From Vicinamibacteraceae bacterium (GTDB lineage Bacteria; Acidobacteriota; Vicinamibacteria; Vicinamibacterales; JAFNAJ01), in contig JAHDVQ010000002.1 of the NCBI GenBank assembly GCA_023384595.1, positions 1 to 52,910 on the forward strand: a stretch of DNA of 52,910 nucleotides, read 5' to 3'. The notes below the pieces were generated by a model. That model worked only from the letters and a program-made list of their open reading frames with translations, was not told where the DNA came from and searched no databases. Of this stretch, positions 15,372-24,470 are shown one piece after another (positions within the stretch are counted from its first letter, which is position 1; every line of letters begins with the position of its first letter). The position numbers and the translations under genes are program-made.

Positions 15372-16193
15372 ATGCAGATCAGTCGGTTGGCCGGCAAGCG
15401 CCTGTGCCTGCTCGGGCCCGACGAGAACGCCACGGCCGCCGTCGCGGCCGCCCTTGCCGGCGCCCTTCGAAGCCTGGGCCACCCCGTCCTCGTGGTGGAC
15501 GCCGATCCCGCCGGCCCGGGCCCCTACCGGGCGCTCGGTCTCGAGACGCCGCCCCGAGACCTGTTGACGCTGGTGGCCGAGACTCCGCACGAGGCGGTGC
15601 GAGCGTCTGACACGCTCGACGCGCCCCCCGTGCTTGGATCGACGGTCGATCTCGAGGCGCTCCCCCGCACGCACATCGATTGCGGTCCCGACGGCACCTG
15701 GCTGATCGTGCTCGGCAAGCACCGTACGCTCGGCGCCGCGGCGGCACCCGCCGTCGCGCGCTTCCTGCGTCACCTCGAGATCGAGAGCCTCGGCGCCGAT
15801 GGCGTCGTCATCGTCGTGCACGGTGACGAGGCGCCCGCGGGGCACGATGCCGCGACGCCGCTCGACCGGCGGTTGCTCGTGGTGCCGCCGGAGTTGAGCG
15901 ACGCGGCCTGGCTCGCCGTGGCCGAGCGGATGCGCACGGCGACCGAGACCGCCGATGGCTGCGTGCTGTACGTCGATGCCGGCGCCTCGCTCGATGCGCA
16001 GGCGGCCGGACGCGTCGAACGGCGCCTGGCGCTGCTCGATCTCAGGGTGCTCGGCCGGATCGGGCCACGCGGCCGATGGACCGGACGGGCCGACGGCGAC
16101 GCCCTCGCGATCGTGCGAGCGCTCGAGGCCACCGAACCCGGTCGCGCCTCGGAGGCTCCCGCCACGCCGGCCGTGACGCTGGTCAGCCGCTGA
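15372..16193 (+). CDS. ParA/MinD-fold-like protein with a degenerate P-loop
   Basis: KRLCLLGPDENATAAVAAALAGALRSLGHPVLVVDADP aligns with the xxGKGGVGKTT...VLLVDADP pattern but lacks the Walker A lysine. GC3 is high. Confidence 0.55.
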   Translation: MQISRLAGKRLCLLGPDENATAAVAAALAGALRSLGHPVLVVDADPAGPGPYRALGLETPPRDLLTLVAETPHEAVRASDTLDAPPVLGSTVDLEALPRTHIDCGPDGTWLIVLGKHRTLGAAAAPAVARFLRHLEIESLGADGVVIVVHGDEAPAGHDAATPLDRRLLVVPPELSDAAWLAVAERMRTATETADGCVLYVDAGASLDAQAAGRVERRLALLDLRVLGRIGPRGRWTGRADGDALAIVRALEATEPGRASEAPATPAVTLVSR

Positions 16194-16331
16194 GCTTCGG
16201 CGCCCGCCGGACGACCGATTGCGGTGGCCCCGTGGCCGCGCGGATGCTACCGTTTCGATCGATCGCCGCTCGCTCGTAGAGCGTCTCGTCTTCATCACAG
16301 GTCTTCCCGTTCCCGCACCAGGAGGTGCCGC

Positions 16332-17636
16332 ATGCCGGACACCCTGACGTTGATCGACAACCGCACGGGGCAGGAGTACACCGTCCCCATCACCGACGGC
16401 ACGATTGCGGCGATCGATCTCCGCCAGATCAAGACCTCGCCCGACGACTTCGGGCTGATGACGTATGACCCGGCGTTCATGAACACCGCGAACTGCCGAA
16501 GCTCGATCACGTTCATCGACGGCGACCGGGGCATCCTCCGCTATCGGGGCTACCCCATCGAGGAGCTCGCCGCGAAGAAGTCGTTCCTCGAGGTCGCGTG
16601 GCTCATCCTGAAAGGTGAGCTGCCCTCGGCCGAGGAGCTGCAGGCGTGGACCAACGATGTGACGATGCACACGATGGTGCACGAGAACATCAAGAAGTTC
16701 ATCGACGGCTTCCAGCACGACGCGCACCCGATGGGCATCTTCCTCAGCACCGTGGGCGCGCTATCGACGTTCTATCCCGACGCGAAGCACGTGCTCGACG
16801 CAGCCAACCGCAGGCTGCAGATCCGGCGTCTCGTGGCGAAGGTGCCGACCATCGCGGCCTACGCCTACCGGCACCACAGGGGCCTGCCGTACGTGCTGCC
16901 CGACAACGACCTCACCTACCCCGGCAACTTCCTGAACCTGCTGTTCAAGATGACCGAGGCGAAGTACACCGTGAACCCGGTGCTCGAGCGCGCGCTCGAC
17001 GTGCTGTTCATCCTGCACGCCGATCACGAGCAGAACTGCAGCACGACGACGATGCGCGGCATCGGCAGCGCGCTGTCGGATCCGTATTCGTGCGTGGCGG
17101 GCGCGGCGGCGGCCCTCTACGGCCCGCTGCACGGCGGGGCCAACGAGGCGGTGCTGCGCATGCTGGCCGAGATCGGCACGACGGCCAACATCCCGGGCTT
17201 CATCGAGCGCGTCAAGCAGGGGGAAGGGCGCCTCATGGGATTCGGGCACCGCATCTACAAGTCGTACGATCCGCGCGCCCGGATCCTGAAGGAGATGGCG
17301 CATCAGGTCTTCGCCGTCACGGGGCGCAACCCGATGCTCGACATCGCGCTCGAACTCGAGAAGATCGCGCTCGAGGACGAGTACTTCGTCAGCCGGAAGC
17401 TCTATCCGAACGTCGACTTCTACTCGGGGCTCATCTACCAGTCGCTGAAGTTTCCGGTCGCCATGTTCCCGGTGCTCTTCGCCATCCCGCGCACGGTGGG
17501 CTGGTTGGCACAGTGGGAGGAGATGCTCCTCGACAAGGACCAGAAGATCGCGCGTCCCCGGCAGATCTACACCGGCGTCATGGAGCGCCACCTGCCGGAG
17601 TTCGAGAAGGCCGCCGCGGGCAAGCCGAAGGCCTGA
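16332..17636 (+). CDS. gltA: citrate synthase
   Basis: Internal ATG at 16332 after ggaggtg. Contains GILRYRGYPIEELA, LHADHEQNCSTT, GPLHGGANEAV, and MGFGHRIYK. Confidence 0.95.
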   Translation: MPDTLTLIDNRTGQEYTVPITDGTIAAIDLRQIKTSPDDFGLMTYDPAFMNTANCRSSITFIDGDRGILRYRGYPIEELAAKKSFLEVAWLILKGELPSAEELQAWTNDVTMHTMVHENIKKFIDGFQHDAHPMGIFLSTVGALSTFYPDAKHVLDAANRRLQIRRLVAKVPTIAAYAYRHHRGLPYVLPDNDLTYPGNFLNLLFKMTEAKYTVNPVLERALDVLFILHADHEQNCSTTTMRGIGSALSDPYSCVAGAAAALYGPLHGGANEAVLRMLAEIGTTANIPGFIERVKQGEGRLMGFGHRIYKSYDPRARILKEMAHQVFAVTGRNPMLDIALELEKIALEDEYFVSRKLYPNVDFYSGLIYQSLKFPVAMFPVLFAIPRTVGWLAQWEEMLLDKDQKIARPRQIYTGVMERHLPEFEKAAAGKPKA

Positions 17637-17664
17637 GACCGTAGGGCGCCGCGACTCCCCGGAA

Positions 17665-17694
17665 CGCGGGCGTTACTGTCGAGTAACGCCCGCG
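17665..17694 (+). terminator. 12-bp-stem hairpin after gltA that also contains a GTTAC-N6-GTAAC motif copy (17672-17687)
   Basis: cgcgggcgttac-tgtcga-gtaacgcccgcg followed by tggccgcttttg. The motif centre lies about 71 bp upstream of the -24 GG at 17751. Confidence 0.5.
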
Positions 17695-17749
17695 TGGCCG
17701 CTTTTGCCGCCTCCCGCCAGAACCCGCCGTTTTCCGCCCATGTCGCGCG

Positions 17750-17765
17750 CGGCACACCGCTTGCT
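17750..17765 (+). promoter_or_regulatory. sigma54 (-24/-12) promoter candidate
   Basis: cGGCACAccgcTTGCTc, with GG at 17751-17752 and GC at 17763-17764. Confidence 0.6.
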
Positions 17766-17820
17766 CCCTCTCCGGTGATTCGTGGCGCCTGTCGTGCGCA
17801 CGGGAGGAGCAGGTTTGCAC

Positions 17821-19233
17821 ATGACCACCACGGCGGACGCCCCGCCGAGCCAGTCCTTCCACCGCAGCAAGCTCACGGCCGACGACGTCCAGCGACGCCT
17901 GCGCTACATCGTCGAGAAGGACCGGCTCGTGCTCGACGACCTGCCGCGGCGCTTTCTCGAGACGTTCGCCGCCATCCTGACCCACTCGAACTACCGCCAG
18001 GTCGTCGACAACTACGCCCGCATCACGGCCCGCTGCGCCAACTGCGCCCCGTCGTGCCAGATCTACCAGCACACGCACGCGCCGCACGACGTGCCCTGCT
18101 ACCGGTCGAACCTCCTCCTCGAGGTCTACCGCCGGCACTTCACGATGCGGGGGCTCATCACGACGCGGCTGCTGGGGCAGGAGTACCTGACCGAGGATCG
18201 CGTTCTCGAGATGGCCTCGACCTTCTACGACTGCACGGCGTGCCGGCGCTGCACGCTCGACTGCCCGCTCGGCCTCGATCACGGCCTCATCACGCACCTC
18301 GGACGCTACGTCCTGTCGGAGCTGGGCCTGGTGCCTCGGGCGCTCGTCATCTCGGTGCGCGAACAGCTCGAGGGCGCGACGCACAACACGTCGGCCATTC
18401 CCCTGCCGGCCATCCTCGACACCATCGAGTTCCTCGGCGAGGAGATCCGCGACGAGAAGCACCGCGAGGTGCAATTTCCCGTCGATCAGCCGAAGCGCGA
18501 CTTCGTCTTCTTCCCGGCGGTGAGCGACTACCTGATGGAAGCCGAGACGCTCATGGGGATCGCGCTCACCATGCACGTGGCCGGCGACCAGGACCGCTGG
18601 ACGATCGGCAGCCAGTACTTCGACGGCATCAACTACGGGCTCTTCTACAGCGACTGGATCCTCGAGCGGGTACTCCAGGCCGAACTCGACGAGGCCAGGC
18701 GGCTCGAAGCGACCAATATCCTCATTGGCGAGTGCGGGCACGCCTCGCGCTCGGCGAAGGCCTTCGCGAAGACCTTCGGCGGCGCCGACGCGCCGCCGGT
18801 GGTGCACATCATCGAGTACACCTACCGCGCGTACAAGGAAGGCCGGATCAGGTTCAGGCCCGGCGCGATCACCGAGCGCGTCACGTATCACGACCCCTGC
18901 AACATCGCACGCACGGGATGGGTGGTCGACCAGCCGCGTGAGCTGCTGCGGGCCTTCTGCAGCGACTACGTCGAGATGACGCCGCACGGCGCGGACAACC
19001 TCTGTTGCGGCGGCGGCGGCGGGACGGTCTCGGTCGACGAGCTGCGCCCGTACCGGACAGGGGTCACCGGCGCCAGGAAGGCCGAGCAGCTTCGCGCCAC
19101 GGGCGCGAAGTACATCGTGGCCCCGTGCGCCAACTGCAAGAAGCAACTGCGCGAGTTGTGCGAGGACCACGGCCTCGACATGCAGGTCGTCGGACTGCAC
19201 GACCTCATCTACCGCGCCCTCGACCTGGAGTGA
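17821..19233 (+). CDS. HdrD/HmcF/DsrK-like Fe-S protein with CCG domains
   Basis: The ATG at 17821 follows gggaggag. Contains CANCAPSCQIY, CTACRRCTLDCP, YHDPCN, and CCGGGGG...APCANCKKQL. Confidence 0.85.
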   Translation: MTTTADAPPSQSFHRSKLTADDVQRRLRYIVEKDRLVLDDLPRRFLETFAAILTHSNYRQVVDNYARITARCANCAPSCQIYQHTHAPHDVPCYRSNLLLEVYRRHFTMRGLITTRLLGQEYLTEDRVLEMASTFYDCTACRRCTLDCPLGLDHGLITHLGRYVLSELGLVPRALVISVREQLEGATHNTSAIPLPAILDTIEFLGEEIRDEKHREVQFPVDQPKRDFVFFPAVSDYLMEAETLMGIALTMHVAGDQDRWTIGSQYFDGINYGLFYSDWILERVLQAELDEARRLEATNILIGECGHASRSAKAFAKTFGGADAPPVVHIIEYTYRAYKEGRIRFRPGAITERVTYHDPCNIARTGWVVDQPRELLRAFCSDYVEMTPHGADNLCCGGGGGTVSVDELRPYRTGVTGARKAEQLRATGAKYIVAPCANCKKQLRELCEDHGLDMQVVGLHDLIYRALDLE

Positions 19234-19236
19234 GCG

Positions 19237-19947
19237 ATGCTCGACGCCTGGATTGACCTGGCCCGCGGCCCCCTGCTGCGCCTGGCGCTGCTCGTCATGC
19301 TGCTCGGGCTGCTGCGGGTGATCGCCCTGCAGGTCTACGAGCTGGTGGTCGCCTGGCGGCGCGCCGGCGACCAGTACGTGCCCTGGCGGATCGTGTGGCG
19401 GCGGCTCGCCGGCTGGATCGTCCCCTGGCGGGCGCTGCGCGACGGCAGACGCGCGCCCTACAGCGCCGCGTCGATCGTCTTTCACGCGGGCATCATCCTC
19501 GTGCCGCTCTTCTTCGCCGGGCACGTCGCCATCTGGCGGTCGGAGTTCGGCGTCACGCTGCCGGCCTTCTCGCACGCCACGGCCGATGTGCTCAGCCTGG
19601 CGGCGGTGGCGGCCCTCGTGTGGCTCCTCGCGGCCCGCGCGGCCAACCCGGCGCGCCGTCACCTGAGCGGGCTGCAGGACTGGATGCTGCCCGTGGGGCT
19701 GCTCGTCTGTCTCGGCGCGGGCCTTCTCACCTCGCACCCGCAGCTGAGCCCGTTCGACGCCCGCGCGGCGTATCTCGTGCACCTGCTGACGGCCGAGGCG
19801 CTGCTCGTCTTCGTCCCCCTCTCGAAGCTGCAACACATGGCGCTCTTCTGGACCACTCAGGCCTCGACCGAGCTGGGCTGGCGCTTCACGCCCGGGGCCG
19901 GCATGCGCGTGCGCGCCACGCTCGGGAAGGAAGGTCAGGGCGTATGA
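19237..19947 (+). CDS. NarI/HdrE/HmcE-like membrane di-heme cytochrome b candidate
   Basis: About five TM helices with spaced histidines (FHAGIILVPLFFAGH and YLVHLL...KLQHM). It sits between the HdrD-like and Fe-S genes. Confidence 0.7.
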   Translation: MLDAWIDLARGPLLRLALLVMLLGLLRVIALQVYELVVAWRRAGDQYVPWRIVWRRLAGWIVPWRALRDGRRAPYSAASIVFHAGIILVPLFFAGHVAIWRSEFGVTLPAFSHATADVLSLAAVAALVWLLAARAANPARRHLSGLQDWMLPVGLLVCLGAGLLTSHPQLSPFDARAAYLVHLLTAEALLVFVPLSKLQHMALFWTTQASTELGWRFTPGAGMRVRATLGKEGQGV

Positions 19948-20795
19948 TCGCGCATCCCTGCATCCTCAACGACGTCACGCGCTGCATCGGCTGCGAGGCG
20001 TGCGTCGACGCGTGCAAGCGGACCAACGGGCTCCCGCTCGAAGACGCGCCCCCGCGCGTCGGCGCCTCGCCCGACGGCCTGTCGGACACACGCTGGACCA
20101 GCATCGTCCGCCGGAGCGGCGGCGCCAACGTGCGCAAGCAGTGCCGCCATTGCCACGAGCCCGCCTGCGTCTCGGCGTGCCCGGTCGGCGCGCTCCAAAA
20201 GACGGCCGAGGGTCCGGTCGTCTACGACCAGTCGCTCTGCCTGGGCTGCCGCTATTGCATGATGGCCTGCCCGTTCGGCATTCCGCGCTACGAGTGGAAC
20301 AGCCTGACGCCGTCGGTGCGCAAGTGCGTCATGTGCCACGACCACCTGGCGAGCGGACGGCTCGATCGTCCGGCCTGCGTCAGCGCCTGCCCGGCCAACG
20401 CCACCACCTTCGGCGCGCGCGACCAGATGATCGCCGAGGCCGAACGGCGGCTGCGCGACCGCCCCGACCTTTACATCCAGAAGATCTGGGGGCTCGACGA
20501 GGTCGGCGGCACCTCGGTGCTCTACGTGTCGCACGTGGACGTCTCGTGGCTCGGCTGGCGCGATGCCGAGGTGCTCGGATCGGCGCCGCTGCCGGATCGC
20601 ACCTGGGAGGCCCTGCGCAAGGTGCCCTTCGAGTTCGTGGGCATGGGCGCCCTCATGACGGGCGTCTACTGGATCATCGAACGCCGCCAGCGGCTGGCCG
20701 GCGAGGCCGCGAAGGCCTCGCGCGCGGCCGCCGCTCCCCCGTCAGCGGATGCGGCGACGTCGCCTGGCGATGGACCTGAGGAGGCGTCGCGATGA
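19944..20795 (+). CDS. four-cluster ferredoxin subunit (HmcB/HybA/DmsB-like) with a C-terminal TM helix and no Tat or Sec signal
   Basis: ATGA overlap with the upstream stop. Contains CIGCEACVDAC, CRHCHEPACVSACP, CLGCRYCMMACP, CVMCHD, and ACVSACP. C-terminal helix FEFVGMGALMTGVYWII. Confidence 0.85.
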   Translation: MIAHPCILNDVTRCIGCEACVDACKRTNGLPLEDAPPRVGASPDGLSDTRWTSIVRRSGGANVRKQCRHCHEPACVSACPVGALQKTAEGPVVYDQSLCLGCRYCMMACPFGIPRYEWNSLTPSVRKCVMCHDHLASGRLDRPACVSACPANATTFGARDQMIAEAERRLRDRPDLYIQKIWGLDEVGGTSVLYVSHVDVSWLGWRDAEVLGSAPLPDRTWEALRKVPFEFVGMGALMTGVYWIIERRQRLAGEAAKASRAAAAPPSADAATSPGDGPEEASR

Positions 20796-22618
20796 CCGCG
20801 CGCGTTCGTGTCACCAAGGCCATTCTCTGGACCCTCGCCGGGCTGGCTGCCGGCGTCACGGTCGTCCGCTTCGCGCGAGGGCTCGGCGCGACGACGGCGC
20901 TCTCGGACGCGACGCCCTGGGGTTTGTGGATCGGCTTCGACGTGATGGGCGGGGTCGCGCTCGCCGCGGGCGGATTCGTGGTCGCCGGGCTGGCGCACAT
21001 CTTCCACCGCGAGCGCTACCACCATGCGGTGCGTCCGGCGGTGCTCACGGCGTTGCTCGGTTACGGCGCGGTCGTCGTCGGCCTGCTCTACGACCTCGGG
21101 CTTCCGTGGCACATCTGGCACCTGACCATCTTCTGGAATCCGCGCTCGCCGCTCTTCGAGGTCGGCTGGTGCGTGATGCTCTACCTCACGGTGCTCGTGC
21201 TCGAGTTCGCGCCGGTCGTCCTCGAGCGCACCCGGTTCCAGGGGGCCTATCGCCTGCTCCTCCGCCTCCAGCTGCCGCTCATCATCGTCGGCATCGCGCT
21301 CTCGACCCTGCACCAGTCCTCGCTCGGCACGCTCATCCTGATCATGCCGTTCCGGGTGCACGAGCTGTGGTACACGGCGCTGCTCCCCGAGTTGTTCTTC
21401 GTGACGGCCATCTGCCTCGGGCTGGCGATGGTCATCGTCGAGTCCACCGTGGTGTCGTGGCTCTACCGGCGGACCCCGCACACCGACATGGTGGCGGGAC
21501 TCGCCCGGCTCGCCGCCTGGGCGCTGGCCTTCCAGCTGGCATTCCGGCTCGGCGACCTCGCGTGGAACGGCCGGCTGCCGCTCGCTTTCGAAGGCTCGCG
21601 CGAAAGCGGGCTCTTCCTCGTCGAACTGGCCCTCTCGACGCTCATCCCGCTCGTGCTCTTCGCCGTGCCGCGCCTGCGCGTGCGCCAGGGCGTGATGCTC
21701 ACGGCCGCGGGGTCGTCGGTCATCGGGTTCCTGTTCCACCGTGTGAACGCGTCGGGGCTCGCGCACGTGAGCGTCACGGGCAGCAGCTACTTCCCGTCGT
21801 GGACCGAGTTCGTGGTGAGCGTGGGGGTCGTCTCGGCCGCCGCCCTGGTGTTCCTGTGGCTCGAGGAACACGTCCCCGTCGATCCCGCCTCGCTCGATGC
21901 CGAGCAGCGGACGCGGCGGCTGCAGCTCTTCGAGCTGCCGCGGCTCAACCCGCTTCGTGTGTGGCTCGGCGATGAGGGCTTCGGCGTGCGGCGCGTCTAC
22001 TCGTTCGCCTTCGTGCTGGCCATGGCGCTGGGCCTGACGCTCACCCCGTGGCAGCCGCTCGTGCAGGCCTCTCCCGTCGAGCGAGCCCGCGGCGGGGCGA
22101 ACGAGCTGCTCGTCGGCTACCCGCTGGGCACGGTGCGTTTCCCCCATACCGCGCACGTGGAGCGTATCGGGCACGATGCGTGCGGCACGTGCCACCACGC
22201 GAACCGCCCGGGCGACGCGGGCACGCCGTGCAGCGAGTGCCACGCCGACCTCTACCTGCCCACCCGGGTCTTCGAACACGCGCGGCACGTGGCGGCGCTT
22301 CAGGGCAACGCGTCGTGCGCGCAGTGCCACGAGCAGGGGCGCCCCCTTTCGGCCGACGTGACGCGGGCGTGCTCGTCGTGCCATCGGCCCGGCAAGGCCG
22401 CGAGCCCCTGGGCTCCCCGCTACGCCGCGACGACGGCGCCTGGCCTTCGCCGGGTGTCGCACACGCTGTGCATCGGGTGCCACGAGCGTGAAGCCACACG
22501 GCTCGACCCGCCCCGGCCCGATCTCGCAAAGTGCGCCACCTGCCACCGGTCGGCGGTACCCCACCGCGATGTGGTGCGGCCGGTGCGCACCGAGGCCCGT
22601 CACGTTACGCCGCGGTGA
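20792..22618 (+). CDS. NrfD/HmcC/HybB-like integral membrane subunit fused to a C-terminal six-heme cytochrome c domain
   Basis: Polytopic N-terminal portion of about 440 aa. The C-terminal region carries six CxxCH motifs (CGTCH, CSECH, CAQCH, CSSCH, CIGCH, CATCH) between about 22181 and 22546. Confidence 0.85.
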   Translation: MTARVRVTKAILWTLAGLAAGVTVVRFARGLGATTALSDATPWGLWIGFDVMGGVALAAGGFVVAGLAHIFHRERYHHAVRPAVLTALLGYGAVVVGLLYDLGLPWHIWHLTIFWNPRSPLFEVGWCVMLYLTVLVLEFAPVVLERTRFQGAYRLLLRLQLPLIIVGIALSTLHQSSLGTLILIMPFRVHELWYTALLPELFFVTAICLGLAMVIVESTVVSWLYRRTPHTDMVAGLARLAAWALAFQLAFRLGDLAWNGRLPLAFEGSRESGLFLVELALSTLIPLVLFAVPRLRVRQGVMLTAAGSSVIGFLFHRVNASGLAHVSVTGSSYFPSWTEFVVSVGVVSAAALVFLWLEEHVPVDPASLDAEQRTRRLQLFELPRLNPLRVWLGDEGFGVRRVYSFAFVLAMALGLTLTPWQPLVQASPVERARGGANELLVGYPLGTVRFPHTAHVERIGHDACGTCHHANRPGDAGTPCSECHADLYLPTRVFEHARHVAALQGNASCAQCHEQGRPLSADVTRACSSCHRPGKAASPWAPRYAATTAPGLRRVSHTLCIGCHEREATRLDPPRPDLAKCATCHRSAVPHRDVVRPVRTEARHVTPR

Positions 22619-22619
22619 C
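22604..22619. promoter_or_regulatory. GTTAC-N6-GTGAC palindromic motif copy (candidate enhancer/UAS)
   Basis: GTTACgccgcgGTGAC overlaps the stop codon of the upstream gene, centred about 103 bp upstream of the -24 GG at 22715. Confidence 0.45.
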
Positions 22620-22623
22620 ATGC

Positions 22624-22654
22624 GCGGGCGCCGCCGGTGACCGGCGGCGCCCGC
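22624..22654 (+). terminator. GC-rich hairpin (14-bp perfect stem, 3-nt loop)
   Basis: gcgggcgccgccgg-tga-ccggcggcgcccgc, directly after the Hmc-like operon. No strong U-tract follows. Confidence 0.5.
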
Positions 22655-22713
22655 GTCGGCGAAAAGTCTCAACATTTCCTCGATTTTCTGGCGGGCCACC
22701 GCACGCCGAGCAG

Positions 22714-22729
22714 TGGCCCGCGCGTTGCT
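22714..22729 (+). promoter_or_regulatory. sigma54 (-24/-12) promoter candidate for the dsrAB operon
   Basis: TGGCCCGcgcgTTGCTt, with GG at 22715-22716 and GC at 22727-22728. Confidence 0.55.
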
Positions 22730-22784
22730 TTACCACCCGTGGAACGGCCCGGAACTCGCCGGGCCCCGTGAGGAGGCGCTCGTC

Positions 22785-24452
22785 ATGCCGACAATTCTGG
22801 AGAGGCCACCCGAGGTCGCCCGGCCGCCGCGGACAGAGCCCGCGCCCGCGCCGCCGCCCGCCCGCGCGATCGAACAACTGTGGAAGACGGAGGACTGGTG
22901 GGCCGTGTGGCTCGGCCTGCTCATCGTCGTCGTCGGGCTCGCCGCCTACTGGGGCGGCTCGAGCATCAAGAGCTGGGCGGTGGTGCCCGGGACCTGGAGC
23001 ACGACGACGGCGCTCGCCGCCGACTTCGCCAGGAACTCGGGAGGCTATCTCCTGGTCTTTCTCATGTTCGGCCTCGTCTTCACCCTGTCGATGGCCGTCA
23101 TGGGCCGCAAGGTGTCGGCCTTCATCCCCGGGTTCATCATCCTGTTCCTCGGCGCGCTGGGCATGCTCTACCTGGCGGGCTGGACGGTCATGAAGGACTA
23201 CGACCTCGGCGCGCCGCTGCTCGCGCTGCTCGTGGGGCTCGCCATCGGCAACGTGGTGAAGCTGCCCGAGTGGTTCAAGGTGTCGTTGCGCACCGAGTAC
23301 TACATCAAGACCGGTATCGTGCTGCTCGGCGCGACGCTCCCGCTGACGCTCATCTTCACCGCGGGGCCGTTCGCGTTCCTGCAGGCCACCATCGTGTCGG
23401 TGACCACGTGGCTCACCATCTACCTGGCGGCCACGAAGATCTTCAAGCTCGAGCCGCAGTTCGGCGCGGTGCTCGGCGCCGGCGGCGCCGTGTGCGGCGT
23501 CTCGGCGTCGATTGCCGTCGGCGGCGCGGTGAAGGCCAAGAAGGACCACATCGCCATCGGCATTGCCGTCGTGTCGATCTGGGCCATCGTGATGATCTTC
23601 GTGCTCACCTTCGTGACCAAGGCGATGATTCCCACGATGCTGTCGCCTGGCGAGGCCGGCGCCTGGGTGGGCACGTCGGAGTTCGCCGACGCGGCGGGCT
23701 TTGCGGTGGTCGCCGAGATCGCGAACAAGTACGGCGACTCCGCCATCAACGCCTTCACGCTCATGAAGGTCATCGGCCGCGACATCTGGATCGGCATCTG
23801 GTGTCTGGTGCTGTCGATCGTCTCGGTCACCATCTGGGAACGCGGCTCCGGACAGACCAGCCGCCTCGGCCCCGGCATCATCTGGGACCGGTTCCCGAAG
23901 TTCGTGCTCGGCTTCTTCGCGGCCTCGATCATCATGAGCTTCGTCGCGGCACAGCCGCCGGCCGGCTTCACGGGCCGCGCCAAGGCCGCCGACACGTTCA
24001 AGAGCTCGGCCGAGTCCATCAAGTACGACGCCGACTTCAGCACCTACGTCCCGCCGCCCGCGCTCGCCGACCGCTTCCGCTATGACGCCGACGCGAAGGT
24101 CATCACCTTCAACGGCGCCATGACGCTCGACGAGCAGGACGCGCTCGCGGCGGCCATCCCGGCGAACGATCCCGACCGGGCCGACAAGCTGGCGGCGCTC
24201 AAGCAGCTCCGCTACAAGTCGGACTGGTTCGAGTCGTCGCTGACCCCCGATCTCATCTCGCCGATCAAGAAGCTCCGCGAATGGGCGTTCGTGATCTGCT
24301 TCCTCGGGATCGGTCTCTCCACACGGTTCGCCGACCTGGCCACGTTCGGGCTGCGCCCGTTCTGGGCGTTCACCATCGGCGTGCTGGTCAACGTTCCCCT
24401 CGGCTACTTCCTGTCCACCGTGGTCTTCAAGACCTTCTGGTCGAAGCTATAG
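22785..24452 (+). CDS. YeiH/UPF0324-family (putative sulfate-exporter family) membrane transporter with a hydrophilic insertion of about 110 aa
   Basis: The ATG at 22785 follows gaggagg. Polytopic, with family-like GAVLGAGGAVCGVSASIAVGGAVKAKK. The insertion runs from AAQPPAGFTGRAKAADTF to KKLREW (about 23946-24285). Confidence 0.75.
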   Translation: MPTILERPPEVARPPRTEPAPAPPPARAIEQLWKTEDWWAVWLGLLIVVVGLAAYWGGSSIKSWAVVPGTWSTTTALAADFARNSGGYLLVFLMFGLVFTLSMAVMGRKVSAFIPGFIILFLGALGMLYLAGWTVMKDYDLGAPLLALLVGLAIGNVVKLPEWFKVSLRTEYYIKTGIVLLGATLPLTLIFTAGPFAFLQATIVSVTTWLTIYLAATKIFKLEPQFGAVLGAGGAVCGVSASIAVGGAVKAKKDHIAIGIAVVSIWAIVMIFVLTFVTKAMIPTMLSPGEAGAWVGTSEFADAAGFAVVAEIANKYGDSAINAFTLMKVIGRDIWIGIWCLVLSIVSVTIWERGSGQTSRLGPGIIWDRFPKFVLGFFAASIIMSFVAAQPPAGFTGRAKAADTFKSSAESIKYDADFSTYVPPPALADRFRYDADAKVITFNGAMTLDEQDALAAAIPANDPDRADKLAALKQLRYKSDWFESSLTPDLISPIKKLREWAFVICFLGIGLSTRFADLATFGLRPFWAFTIGVLVNVPLGYFLSTVVFKTFWSKL

Positions 24453-24470
24453 CCGTATCAAGGAGTCGAC

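Noticed and set aside
16233-16248. TGGCCGCgcggATGCT upstream of gltA
   Set aside because: GG-N10-GC alone is common in GC-rich DNA. The -12 element is ATGC, no palindrome accompanies it, and gltA is a housekeeping gene.
17578-22699. Long minus-strand ORFs (17578..19836 and 20666..22699)
   Set aside because: They are antisense shadows of the Hmc-like operon genes.
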